Shown: positions 31,142 through 40,978 of the stretch, piece by piece | How positions within the stretch are numbered: the first letter of the stretch is position 1 | Layout of the letters: each line of letters starts with the position of its first letter | DNA from: Actinomycetes bacterium | GTDB taxonomy: Bacteria; Actinomycetota; Acidimicrobiia; Acidimicrobiales; RAAP-2 | Direction of reading: 5' to 3' | Assembly: GCA_037134255.1 (NCBI GenBank) | Contig: JBAXMO010000001.1 | Span: 1-44,387, forward strand | Length of the DNA stretch: 44,387 nt | Translations under genes and position numbers: made by a program | Notes under the pieces: generated by a model | The model's database searches: none | Seen by the model: only the letters and a program-made list of their open reading frames with translations | Told to the model about the DNA's origin: nothing

Positions 31142-32305
31142 GTGGCTGAGGTAGAGATCGGCATTTACAAGTCGGCACGTCAAGCGTACGGTTTTGACGA
31201 CATTGCGATTGTGCCGTCTCGCCGAACTCGTGACCCCGAAGACGTTGACATCGCCTGGCAGCTCGACGCCTACAAGTTTGAACTCCCTCTCCTCGCCTCC
31301 GCTATGGACGGCGTAGTTTCTCCAGCCACCGCAATTGAAATCGGCAAGCTCGGCGGCCTCGGCGTCTTGAACCTCGAAGGACTGTGGACGCGATACGACG
31401 ACCCCACTCCACTCTTCGCCGAAATCCGCGAACTCGACAATGACAAGGCGACGGCCCGCATGCAGCAGATGTATCTCGAGCCAATCAAGTTGGAGCTCGT
31501 TACGCAGCGCATTCGTGAAATGAAGGCCGCCGGCGTTACCACGTCGGCCTCAGTGACACCACAACGTACGAACTGGATGGCTAAGGCCATCGCCGATGCC
31601 GAGTTGGACATTCTGGTTATTCAGGGCACGGTGGTATCGGCCGAACACGTCAGCAAGACGGTCGAGCCTCTCAACCTCAAGAGCTTCATTCGTGAATTCG
31701 AAATCCCGACAATCGTTGGTGGCTGTGCCAGTTACCAGGCGGCCTTGCACTTGATGCGCACGGGCGCCGTAGGTGTCCTCGTGGGCGTCGGCCCTGGTAA
31801 TGCCTGCACCACCCGAGGCGTACTTGGTATCGGAGTTCCTCAAGCGACGGCCATCGCGGACGTTGCTGGTGCTCGCATGCGCCACCTCGACGAAACTGGT
31901 GTCTACGTCCACGTCATCGCCGACGGCGGCATGAGCAAGGGCGGCGACGTCGCCAAGGCCATCGCCTGCGGTGCTGATGCCGTAATGATCGGTTCACCTC
32001 TCTCCAGCGCTCTCGAAGCACCGGCCCGCGGTTTCCACTGGGGCATGGCCACCTTCCACCCCACGTTGCCTCGCGGCGCCCGCGTGCGGACTGAAGTGCG
32101 CGGCTCGTTGCGCGAAATTCTTCTCGGCCCCGCTACGGAGAACGATGGTCGTATGAACCTCTTCGGCGCACTCCGCACCTCGATGGCTACGTGTGGTTAC
32201 GAGACTCTGAAGGAATTCCAAAAGGCCGAGATCATGCTCGCCCCCTCTCTGCAAACTGAAGGAAAGCAGCTCCAGCGCGCGCAGGGCGTCGGCATGGGCC
32301 ATTGA
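31142..32305 (+). CDS. guaB3: GuaB3-family IMP dehydrogenase without CBS domains
   Basis: [32 protein letters not shown]; 387 aa; overlaps guaA start. Confidence 0.92.
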   Translation: MAEVEIGIYKSARQAYGFDDIAIVPSRRTRDPEDVDIAWQLDAYKFELPLLASAMDGVVSPATAIEIGKLGGLGVLNLEGLWTRYDDPTPLFAEIRELDNDKATARMQQMYLEPIKLELVTQRIREMKAAGVTTSASVTPQRTNWMAKAIADAELDILVIQGTVVSAEHVSKTVEPLNLKSFIREFEIPTIVGGCASYQAALHLMRTGAVGVLVGVGPGNACTTRGVLGIGVPQATAIADVAGARMRHLDETGVYVHVIADGGMSKGGDVAKAIACGADAVMIGSPLSSALEAPARGFHWGMATFHPTLPRGARVRTEVRGSLREILLGPATENDGRMNLFGALRTSMATCGYETLKEFQKAEIMLAPSLQTEGKQLQRAQGVGMGH

Positions 32306-33843
32306 GCTCAACCGTTCTCGTAGTTGACTTTGGAGCGCAGTACGCGCAACTGATTGCGCGTCGTGTCCGAGAGGCTCACGTTTTTTCTGAGATAGTCCCG
32401 GCTTCGATTAGCGCCGATGAAGTTCGCCGTCGAGCTCCTGGGGCCATCATCTTGTCCGGTGGTCCAAAGTCGGTCTACGAAACCCCGGCTCCCTCGTTGG
32501 ACCCGGGTATCTACGAACTCGGTATTCCGATTCTCGGTATCTGTTACGGAGCCCAACTCATGGCGCAGCAGCTTGGCGGGGTAGTGACCTCGACCGGCGG
32601 CGGTGAGTACGGACGAACCACGCTCACCCGCAATGGTGTTAGCGATCTCTTGGCGGAAGTGCCCGAAGCGTCCGACAGCTGGATGAGCCATGGTGACGCC
32701 ATCACTCAGGTGCCGGAGGGGTTTGTAGCCACAGCTTCAACGCCGTTAGCTCCCATCGCCGCGATGGAAGACAACGTCCGTCGCTTTTACGCCGTGCAGT
32801 ACCACCCTGAAGTAGCGCACTGTGAATTCGGTCAAGACATCATCGAAAACTTCCTTCACCACCTGGCCGCACTCCCCGCCTCGTGGACGAATACCAACAT
32901 CATCGACGACCAGGTGGCGATTATTCGCGAGAAGGTTGGCTCCGAGCGCGTGCTGTGTGCCCTCTCCGGTGGCGTTGACTCAGCCGTGGCTGCCGCCATG
33001 GTGACGCGCGCCATTGGGAAGCAGCTCACGTGCGTCTTTGTGGACACGGGGCTTATGCGCGCCAACGAGGGCGAACAGATTGAGCAGACGTTCGTTAAGC
33101 AGTTTGGCGTCGAGTTGATTCACGTCAAGGCTCAGGACCGTTTCTTCGACGCCCTCGCTGGCGTGACTGACCCCGAGCGCAAGCGCAAGATCATCGGCGA
33201 ACTCTTCATCCGAGAGTTTGAAGCTGTCGCTCGCGAACTCGGCGCTGGCGGCGAAGGCCCCCGCTTCTTGGTGCAAGGGACGCTGTATCCCGATGTCATC
33301 GAATCAGGATCGGGTCACGCCGCCAATATCAAGAGTCACCACAACGTCGGGGGTCTCCCCGAAGACCTGTCCTTCGACTTGATTGAACCGCTTCGTACGT
33401 TGTTTAAGGATGAAGTTCGCAAGGTTGGCGAAGAGTTAGGTCTCCCGAGTGAGATTGTCTGGCGTCAGCCCTTTCCGGGGCCTGGACTCGGCGTACGCAT
33501 TATTGGTGAAGTGACCCGCGAGCGGGCTGAGATTCTGCGAGCTGCCGACTACGTCGTGGTGGATGAAATTCGCAAGGCCGGACTGTATCGAGAACTGTGG
33601 CAGAGCTTCGCCGTGTTACCGGCGGTCCGTACAGTGGGCGTTATGGGCGATGGCCGAACCTACGCGTATCCAATTATCATTCGCGCCGTGACGAGCGATG
33701 ACGCCATGACAGCGGACTGGGCCCGCCTGCCCTATGACGTCATCGAATCGATTTCGAACCGACTTATTCGTGAAGTTCCGGGTGTGAATCGCGTTGCGTT
33801 GGACGTAACGAGTAAGCCACCAGGCACGATTGAGTGGGAGTGA
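32302..33843 (+). CDS. guaA: GMP synthase (glutamine-hydrolysing)
   Basis: [35 protein letters not shown]; TTG start. Confidence 0.99.
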   Translation: MSSTVLVVDFGAQYAQLIARRVREAHVFSEIVPASISADEVRRRAPGAIILSGGPKSVYETPAPSLDPGIYELGIPILGICYGAQLMAQQLGGVVTSTGGGEYGRTTLTRNGVSDLLAEVPEASDSWMSHGDAITQVPEGFVATASTPLAPIAAMEDNVRRFYAVQYHPEVAHCEFGQDIIENFLHHLAALPASWTNTNIIDDQVAIIREKVGSERVLCALSGGVDSAVAAAMVTRAIGKQLTCVFVDTGLMRANEGEQIEQTFVKQFGVELIHVKAQDRFFDALAGVTDPERKRKIIGELFIREFEAVARELGAGGEGPRFLVQGTLYPDVIESGSGHAANIKSHHNVGGLPEDLSFDLIEPLRTLFKDEVRKVGEELGLPSEIVWRQPFPGPGLGVRIIGEVTRERAEILRAADYVVVDEIRKAGLYRELWQSFAVLPAVRTVGVMGDGRTYAYPIIIRAVTSDDAMTADWARLPYDVIESISNRLIREVPGVNRVALDVTSKPPGTIEWE

Positions 33844-36110
33844 GCCAAGACTCGTTTGGCGATGCGGAGCTTTGGGGTGACCAGTCTCCGGCTCCGTTCC
33901 TAGACGCTGCGCGTCTCACTGATGACCTCACTGACCCGCAACGCCAAGCGGTGACTCACCCCGGTGGGCCACTACTTGTTGTGGCTGGAGCCGGATCCGG
34001 TAAGACCCGTGTTCTAACTCGACGAGTCGCCTATCTCCTCGAAGTCGACCGCGTGGCGCCCTGGGAGATACTGGCGATCACTTTCACCAATAAGGCCGCA
34101 GACGAGATGAAGCGCCGGGTGGCCGAACTAGTCGGTAGCCGCTCGGAACGCATGTGGGTCCAAACCTTCCACTCTGCCTGCCTGCGTCTGTTGCGAGCGA
34201 ATGCAGGCGTCTTGGGCTTTGAGCCTGGTTTTACGATTTATGACTCCGATGAGAGTCGCAGTGAAGTCGAGCGGATCATGAAGGACTTCGGTATCGACGT
34301 GAAGGCGACGAAGCCGCGATCGGTATTGGCCATGATCTCAGCAGCCAAGAACGCAATGCAGTCTCCAGATGCCTATCTCGAAGTTGATGCCGATCCCAAG
34401 CGCGAGATGGTGGCCAAGGTCTACCAACGCTACGAAGACTCCTTGCGCCGTGCGAACGCGATGGACTTCGATGACTTGCTACTCAACGCCGTTCGCATGC
34501 TGCAAAAAGATGCCGACGTTCGTCAGCGGTACCAACGTCAGTTTCGTCATGTCCTGGTCGATGAGTTTCAAGACACCAACGGCGTGCAGAACAAGCTCGT
34601 GGAGATTTTGGCTGAACACCACGGCAATATCTGTGTCGTCGGCGACGCCGATCAATCGATCTATCGATTCCGAGCGGCCGACGTTCGCAACATTCTCCAG
34701 TTTGCGCAACACCACCCCGACACCACCACCGTCCTGCTCGAAGAAAACTTTCGCTCCACTCAGACCATCCTGGATGCCGCCAACGCCGTCATCGACCGGA
34801 ACGAATCACGCATCCCGAAGAATCTCTTCACGCAACGTGGGCGGGGCGACAAGATTCGCCGCTACGCCGGCGAGGATGAGTACGACGAGGGTCGTTGGGT
34901 CATCTCCGAGTTACGTCGTTTTCGCAACGACTACAGCATTGAGTGGCGCGAAATGGCCATTTTCTATCGAACCAACGCGCAGAGTCGTGTCCTCGAAGAA
35001 CAGTGCATCCGTGCCGGCGTGCCCTACCGGGTGATTTCGGGACTTCGTTTCTACGATCGCAAAGAAGTAAAAGACGTTTTGGCCTACGCCCGACTGCTCG
35101 TCAATCCCCGCGATGACGTGGCCTCGCGTCGAGTGATTAACGAACCCCGTCGGGGCGTTGGAGCAGTCGCATTGACCAAATTGCAGTCCTACGCAACCGA
35201 TCACAACATCTCCTTCTCAGAAGCGGTGAGATTTTCGGAAGAGGCCGGAGTCGCGGGGAAGGCAGGGTCGGGCGTGCGTCAGTTCGCAGCGCTGGTCGAC
35301 GAGTTACGGGCCCTCTCTAATGACCTACCCCCCGGTGAGATGATTCAAGCCATCGCCCGAGAGAGCGGAATTCTCGACGAGCTACTCACCGACGGTAGTG
35401 ATGAAGCAAGGAGCCGCATCGAGAACCTCGGTGAACTCGCGAGCGCGGCTGCCGAGTACGAATCGATGATGGAGTTCCTCGAGCGACTCGCACTAAGTGC
35501 TGAGAGCGACCAGCTCGATGCCAGTGCTGGTGCCGTGTCGCTCATGACTATGCACGTGGCTAAGGGATTGGAATTCCCGGCTGTTGTAATCACGGGACTC
35601 GAAGAAGGCATGTTCCCTCACTCGCGGGCCCTCGTCGATCAAGCTGAATTGGAAGAGGAGCGGCGCCTCTGCTACGTCGGCATCACGAGAGCGATGCGCC
35701 ACCTTTCGCTGACCCACGCCTGGAGCCGCACGATGTGGGGTCGTCGCATGGATGCGATCACCAGTCGGTTCTGGAATGAAGTACCCGAGGAACTCTGTGA
35801 AGAATGTTCAGTCGTTAAGCCCATGCGGCGCAGCAGCTTTAGCGATGCTGATTACGGCTTCGAAGGTCGCTCCAGTGACTTCACCGCCGGTCGCGCGTTT
35901 GGGGCCGCCACACCCCAAGAGGCCCGTGGTTCTGGGGCTGAACAACTCGGACTGCGCAGTGGTGATCGGATTGTTCACGACCGTTTTGGCCCGGGTACCG
36001 TGCTGAGTGTGGCCGGTGAGGGGGATCGCACTCGGGCCTTCGTGCGCTTTGACGAAGGCCAGTCTGAGAAGCAGTTAGTCCTCTCGATCTCACCCCTCAA
36101 GCGTCTCTAG
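33840..36110 (+). CDS. pcrA: ATP-dependent DNA helicase PcrA/UvrD1
   Basis: [34 protein letters not shown]-terminal Tudor-like HDRFG.G; GTG 33840. Confidence 0.97.
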   Translation: MSQDSFGDAELWGDQSPAPFLDAARLTDDLTDPQRQAVTHPGGPLLVVAGAGSGKTRVLTRRVAYLLEVDRVAPWEILAITFTNKAADEMKRRVAELVGSRSERMWVQTFHSACLRLLRANAGVLGFEPGFTIYDSDESRSEVERIMKDFGIDVKATKPRSVLAMISAAKNAMQSPDAYLEVDADPKREMVAKVYQRYEDSLRRANAMDFDDLLLNAVRMLQKDADVRQRYQRQFRHVLVDEFQDTNGVQNKLVEILAEHHGNICVVGDADQSIYRFRAADVRNILQFAQHHPDTTTVLLEENFRSTQTILDAANAVIDRNESRIPKNLFTQRGRGDKIRRYAGEDEYDEGRWVISELRRFRNDYSIEWREMAIFYRTNAQSRVLEEQCIRAGVPYRVISGLRFYDRKEVKDVLAYARLLVNPRDDVASRRVINEPRRGVGAVALTKLQSYATDHNISFSEAVRFSEEAGVAGKAGSGVRQFAALVDELRALSNDLPPGEMIQAIARESGILDELLTDGSDEARSRIENLGELASAAAEYESMMEFLERLALSAESDQLDASAGAVSLMTMHVAKGLEFPAVVITGLEEGMFPHSRALVDQAELEEERRLCYVGITRAMRHLSLTHAWSRTMWGRRMDAITSRFWNEVPEELCEECSVVKPMRRSSFSDADYGFEGRSSDFTAGRAFGAATPQEARGSGAEQLGLRSGDRIVHDRFGPGTVLSVAGEGDRTRAFVRFDEGQSEKQLVLSISPLKRL

Positions 36111-36122
36111 GAGAAAAGTCAA

Positions 36123-36128
36123 TACGAT
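36123..36128 (+). promoter_or_regulatory. Putative -10 element, leaderless transcript
   Basis: TACGAT 6 nt before ATG 36135. Confidence 0.55.
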
Positions 36129-36134
36129 TACGTC

Positions 36135-37388
36135 ATGCAAGATGAGGGCACTCCGCAAAATCGACGTGCACCTTTCACCGCTTCGCCACCCCGCGTGAAA
36201 GCACCGCTTCGCCACCCCCGCTACGTCTACCTACGTCGTCGCATTGTCTTTGGCCTGGCGTTCATGACGTTGACGTACGGGATCTACCTCGGAGTAACCC
36301 TCGCGGTCGCGCTGACGAACCAGTCGTACGGTGTTTCTTTGTCGGCCCGCGGCGCCGAGTGGGGTCGCGAGCACGGCATGGGATGGGCCGTCACCTGGGT
36401 GGAGCAGCGGTACTACTCCATTAACAAACCAAAGACTGGTGGTACTCCCGAGTCCAACCAGTTTGGTTCGGGTTCAACCGCGATCGATATTCCTCGCACG
36501 GGTCACCTCCCGGCTCCGGCCACCGTGTCGACGCCCGCCAAGTCGCCACAGGCTGGTGAGGGTGTGTGGCACCCCGTCGGACGTACGACGGCATCCGGGA
36601 TTCCCGCTATCTACGAGGCTTTCATTCGTCCCGATGCCGTTCACACGAGTTACGTAGTAGGCCTCGCTTGGATGGACCCCACCTTGCTCGAAGCGCGTCT
36701 CTACTCGGGATCGTTTATTCCCGGTGGCGGCCCCTATAAGCACAGCGCACCGATTCTCCCGAAGACTACGGGGAGCTTGGTGGCGGCATTTAACGCCGGC
36801 TTCCGCATGCAAGATGCCAACGGCGGGTACTACACCGACAACAAAACTGTGCTGCCTCTCCGTAAAGGCGCCGCCGCCGTGGTGATTTTCAAAGACGGCA
36901 CGATGACCGTAGGTAAGTGGGGGCGCGATATCAAGATGTCGAGTTCGGTGCGTGAAGTCCGACAGAACCTCGACCTCATCGTGGACGACAGTCGCCCCGT
37001 GGCGGGATTGGATTCAACCAATACGAAGCGCTGGGGCGCCACCCTGGGTGGAAAGTTTGATGTGTGGCGCAGCGGTATTGGCGTGACTGAAAATGGCGCG
37101 CTGGTCTACGCCGGCGGACCAGCACTCACTATCAGTGCGCTCGCCGATGTTTTAACTCGCGCCGGTGCGGTTCGGGCCATGGAACTTGACATCAATACCG
37201 ACTGGGTGCAGTACTCAATCTTCAACGCCCCCTTAGGCGCAACGATCAACGGTGGCCACGGGAAGAGCCTGGTCTCGTCGATGGTCGGACTACCGAGTCG
37301 TTACTTCACGACGTGGTGGAACCGAGACTTCTTTACTGTTTCCTTGCGGCCCGCCGAAACAACGGTGACCACTACCACCAAGCCTTAG
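36135..37388 (+). CDS. Membrane-anchored phosphodiester glycosidase (NAGPA-like) family protein
   Basis: RRR then one N-terminal TM segment; AAFNAGF, WRSGIG, AMELD resemble family motifs from memory. Confidence 0.7.
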   Translation: MQDEGTPQNRRAPFTASPPRVKAPLRHPRYVYLRRRIVFGLAFMTLTYGIYLGVTLAVALTNQSYGVSLSARGAEWGREHGMGWAVTWVEQRYYSINKPKTGGTPESNQFGSGSTAIDIPRTGHLPAPATVSTPAKSPQAGEGVWHPVGRTTASGIPAIYEAFIRPDAVHTSYVVGLAWMDPTLLEARLYSGSFIPGGGPYKHSAPILPKTTGSLVAAFNAGFRMQDANGGYYTDNKTVLPLRKGAAAVVIFKDGTMTVGKWGRDIKMSSSVREVRQNLDLIVDDSRPVAGLDSTNTKRWGATLGGKFDVWRSGIGVTENGALVYAGGPALTISALADVLTRAGAVRAMELDINTDWVQYSIFNAPLGATINGGHGKSLVSSMVGLPSRYFTTWWNRDFFTVSLRPAETTVTTTTKP

Positions 37389-38155
37389 CGCTCTTCGTTG
37401 ATCTTGCGCCAGAGGGGTGCGGGCAGGTGGCGCAGTATCGCAAAGAGCCACTTCATGATGCTCGGCGAGTAGATAACGAGAGCGGGCGTACCGAGGCCGC
37501 TCACGATGTCTTGCGCGACACGTTCGGCGTCGACAGAAAATGGCGCCGGCTTGAGGCCGGCAGTCATCTTGGTGTGCACGAAACCGGGTCGCACAATCTG
37601 CAACGTGACGCCGGTCCCGATGAGCGAGTCCGCCAGACCTTCGCAGAGGCGATCCAGGCCGGCCTTGGCACCGCTGTAGAGATACGAACCGCGGCGCACA
37701 CGAATCCCGGCCACGGAACTAATCACCACAATGCGGCCAGATCCTTGAGCGACCATGCGCTGTCGCAATGCCGCGAGTGCTGTGACCGGCCAGGCGTAGT
37801 TCACAATGGACATTCGGGCGGCCGCGACGGGGTCGTTCTCGTCGAGCAACTGGTCACCGAGGAGTCCCACGGCGATGATGACGAGATCGACGGGCGCCCC
37901 AATCGCGGCGAACGACTGAGCGACGGTTGATTCGGCTGAGGTCACATCTTGCGCATCGAAAGTCACGAGGTGCGTAGTGGTAGCACCGGCACTCGCAGCT
38001 TCCTGGGCCGCTTCCTTGAGCAGCGACTCATTACGTCCGGCCAAGACGACGGTACGAGCGCGTGCGGCACAGAGTTTCTTGGTGACCTCCCGAGCGATGT
38101 CGGAACTTCCGCCGAGAACAACGACGGTTTGGGGCTGTCCAAATGCATTTTCCAT
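37385..38155 (-). CDS. dprE2: DprE2-like decaprenylphospho-2-ketopentose reductase (SDR)
   Basis: LGGSSDIA, SSVAG.RVRR..Y.YSGAKAGLD, VRPGFVHTKMT; follows dprE1-like gene. Confidence 0.85.
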   Translation of the reverse strand: MENAFGQPQTVVVLGGSSDIAREVTKKLCAARARTVVLAGRNESLLKEAAQEAASAGATTTHLVTFDAQDVTSAESTVAQSFAAIGAPVDLVIIAVGLLGDQLLDENDPVAAARMSIVNYAWPVTALAALRQRMVAQGSGRIVVISSVAGIRVRRGSYLYSGAKAGLDRLCEGLADSLIGTGVTLQIVRPGFVHTKMTAGLKPAPFSVDAERVAQDIVSGLGTPALVIYSPSIMKWLFAILRHLPAPLWRKINEER

Positions 38156-38160
38156 AGTGC

Positions 38161-39480
38161 CTACTTTCGAATTAGTTCAAGCCGGCGAGCGAGGTCGCTG
38201 GTGATGACGGTATTGGGGTCGATTTGATACTTAATGTGCAACAGCTCTTCAAAGCGTGGGTACATCGCGCGAAACGTGGCTGGATCAAGTCGTGCATCTT
38301 TGGCGAGATAGACGCGACCGCCGGCCTCTAAGACGAGCGCGTCGAGTTTGTCGAGAACTCCCGGCAGAGCAGCTGGACCAACGGGTAAATCAAGGGCCAG
38401 CGTCCACCCAGGCATGGGGAAGGACAGTGGTCCGGGGGTACCTTCACCAAAACGTTTGAGAACCGCCAGGAAACTGGGCACTCGTGACTCGGAGAGCAGC
38501 TTGATGGCCTGGACCACAGTCTCACTGGCCGAATCGGGAACGGCGAACTGATACTGGACAAAACCGCGCCGACCGTAGAGGCGGTTCCAGTCACGCACGC
38601 CATCGAGTGGATGGAAGAAGGCCCCGATACTTTGCTCTTCACCCCGGCGTTGCTTCGGAGCCATACGGAACCAGAGTTCGTTAAAGGCCCGAATTGAAAG
38701 ACCGTTGAGCAACCCGCTCGGGGCGGAGAAGGGGACACCGATCTTTGCGTCGCGAGGGGACTGACGTGCGCCACTGCTCTCGGCGTGGTCGCCTCGGGTC
38801 AGGATGGCGCGGCCCATGGTGGCCCCAGTTGTCATGCAATCCACCCACGCGACGGAGTATCGGTAGCGGTGATCACCGCTCTGCATCTCGTGCATCACGG
38901 CCTCGAGATTGGCGAAGCGTGTGGTGTCGACCACGACCTTGTCGCTGGTGACGGCCAAGAGTTGAATCTGGGCACGGAGTACGACACCCGTTAGACCCAT
39001 GCCGCCGACGGTGGCCCAGAAGAGTTCGGCCTGTTCCGTGGGGCTGCAGGCAATCGTGCCAGTCGGCGTGGCCAAAATAAGGGAGCGCACGTGATGGCCG
39101 AACGATCCATCGACGTGATGGTTCTTGCCGTGGACGTCTGCGGCGATGGCACCACCGACACTCACTTGCCGGGTACCGGGCGTCACGGGTACAAACCAAC
39201 CCTGAGGGAGACCGACGCGAATCAAGTCGTCAATCGTCACGCCGGCATCGACCCAGACCGAGCCGTCGGAGGCGATCTCATCCATCACGGTCATGGCGCT
39301 GTTACGGAGAACTAATCCTCCGGCGAGTTGCGCCGCGTCTCCGTAACTTCGACCGAGTCCTCGAGAGAGCACGTGGCTCGAAGTACGCAGGAGTCCCGTT
39401 ACTTCTTCAGCCGTGGGCTCGAGCACGTCGGCCACGCTCGGGGCCGTGCGGCCCCAGCCGTAAAGCTTTTCGCGGCTCAC
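38161..39480 (-). CDS. dprE1: DprE1-like FAD oxidase (decaprenylphosphoryl-ribose 2'-oxidase)
   Basis: GWGRTAPS, RGLGRSYGDAAQ, PGTRQVSVGGAIAADVHGKNHH, YSVAWVD, YLAKD, SDLARRLEL. Confidence 0.9.
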   Translation of the reverse strand: MSREKLYGWGRTAPSVADVLEPTAEEVTGLLRTSSHVLSRGLGRSYGDAAQLAGGLVLRNSAMTVMDEIASDGSVWVDAGVTIDDLIRVGLPQGWFVPVTPGTRQVSVGGAIAADVHGKNHHVDGSFGHHVRSLILATPTGTIACSPTEQAELFWATVGGMGLTGVVLRAQIQLLAVTSDKVVVDTTRFANLEAVMHEMQSGDHRYRYSVAWVDCMTTGATMGRAILTRGDHAESSGARQSPRDAKIGVPFSAPSGLLNGLSIRAFNELWFRMAPKQRRGEEQSIGAFFHPLDGVRDWNRLYGRRGFVQYQFAVPDSASETVVQAIKLLSESRVPSFLAVLKRFGEGTPGPLSFPMPGWTLALDLPVGPAALPGVLDKLDALVLEAGGRVYLAKDARLDPATFRAMYPRFEELLHIKYQIDPNTVITSDLARRLELIRK

Positions 39481-40382
39481 GCGTGGATACCTAAGACGAA
39501 GAGTATGGCCCAGAGGAGGCCAAGGGCTTGCAGGGTGTGGTCGCTAAAGACGAGATCTTCGGGCGCACCACCATCACCTCGTTCGAGTCGCCGCAGAATG
39601 TGCAAGATGGCGACGACCACTGGCACCGCGGTTAAGCGAATGAGTACGACGCGGTGATGGACATTAGAAAGACCGGTGGGGGAGACATCAAAGGCCCAGA
39701 GACAGTAGGTCGTCACGACGACGGAGGCGACGAGTATGAGAGCCGATCGGAGAAATTCGGGGGTGTATTCCGCTAGTACGGCGCGGTGAGCGGAGGCAGT
39801 GCCACCGAGCTCTTTGAGTTCGGCCGTACGTTTACCGATGACTAGAAAGAGCGCCGCGAAGGCCGTCACGGCGAGGAACCAACTCGAAACGTAGAGATCG
39901 CTGGCGACGGCCCCACCGAGAGCCCGAAGAAAGAAGCCACTGGCCACAATGGCGAACTCGATTACGGGCTGGCGTTTCAAAGCAATGGAGTACGCCAAAG
40001 TCAGAGCTACGTACGTTACGAGGACAAAGAAGAGGTCGTGGCCCGATGCGCCAGCGCACCAAGAGGTGGCCGTAGCGCCGAACAGGAGAACTACGGCTAG
40101 GACGAAGGCGAGAGGAGGCGGCACGACCCCGGATGCAATAGCTCGGAACTTTTTGGTGGGGTGGAGCCGATCGGCTGACCGATCCCGAAGGTCGTTGATT
40201 AAGTAGAGACCGCTCGCGGCGAGGGTGAAGGCCAGGAAGGCTCCGGCAGTGTGACGCAGCGTGGCGCCGATCGTGATCTGCCCGGCAGCGGCCGGAGCAA
40301 TGATGACGAGCCCGTTTTTAATCCATTGCCGTGGGCGGAGGGCGCTGACGACACCAGTCAGAAGATTGCGAGGTTGCTGCAC
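39477..40382 (-). CDS. ubiA: UbiA-family decaprenyl-phosphate phosphoribosyltransferase
   Basis: RPRQWIKN, YLINDLRD..ADRLHPTK..R.IASG, GKR.AE, APEDLV..D. Confidence 0.9.
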   Translation of the reverse strand: MQQPRNLLTGVVSALRPRQWIKNGLVIIAPAAAGQITIGATLRHTAGAFLAFTLAASGLYLINDLRDRSADRLHPTKKFRAIASGVVPPPLAFVLAVVLLFGATATSWCAGASGHDLFFVLVTYVALTLAYSIALKRQPVIEFAIVASGFFLRALGGAVASDLYVSSWFLAVTAFAALFLVIGKRTAELKELGGTASAHRAVLAEYTPEFLRSALILVASVVVTTYCLWAFDVSPTGLSNVHHRVVLIRLTAVPVVVAILHILRRLERGDGGAPEDLVFSDHTLQALGLLWAILFVLGIHA

Positions 40383-40388
40383 GGATAA

Positions 40389-40394
40389 ACGCTA
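40389..40394 (-). promoter_or_regulatory. Putative -10 element, leaderless ubiA-dprE1-dprE2 operon
   Basis: Minus strand TAGCGT-TTATCC-GTG; no SD. Confidence 0.5.
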
Positions 40395-40532
40395 GTGCTC
40401 AACTGGCGGAAGTTCCGGAGCCATCCGAAAGAACGGGAATCTCTGTCGAACTCCGTCTTGGAACGAGTCAATCGAGACCGATTTGAACAACTGGAAGGGG
40501 CGTGGCCAAAAGCCATCTATGCTCTTAAACCG

Positions 40533-40940
40533 ATGAAGCGGACGTATCGCGTAGTGGTAGCTAAGCCGGGCCTTGATGGTCACGACCGAGGAGCGAAGAT
40601 CATCGCTCGTGCCCTTCGTGACGCTGGTTTTGAGGTCGTCTACACGGGTCTGCACCAGACGGCCGATCAAATCGTCCAGGCCGTTATCCAAGAAGACGCT
40701 GACGCCCTCGGCCTATCCCTCCTATCCGGCGCACACCTGGTGCTCGTCCCGCGCATCATTGAGCAGCTCCGCGCTGCCGGTCGCGAAGACGTTCTGGTTG
40801 TCGTTGGCGGCATTATTCCTGAAGACGACATCGCCCCCCTCGCGGCCGCCGGTGTCGCACGAGTCTTTACCCCTGGTTCACCACTTGGTGAGATCGGCAC
40901 GTGGCTAGAGAGCGCATTAGACGAACGAGAGCCCGCGTAA
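40533..40940 (+). CDS. Stand-alone cobalamin-binding small subunit of an acyl-CoA mutase (IcmB/McmB-like)
   Basis: KPGLDGHDRGAK (DxHxxG), SLLSGAH, VGGIIP, FTPG; start moved to ATG 40533. Confidence 0.93.
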   Translation: MKRTYRVVVAKPGLDGHDRGAKIIARALRDAGFEVVYTGLHQTADQIVQAVIQEDADALGLSLLSGAHLVLVPRIIEQLRAAGREDVLVVVGGIIPEDDIAPLAAAGVARVFTPGSPLGEIGTWLESALDEREPA

Positions 40941-40978
40941 GCGGCAAAGTGGCGTACCCACGCCGAAAGTGAGAAGTC

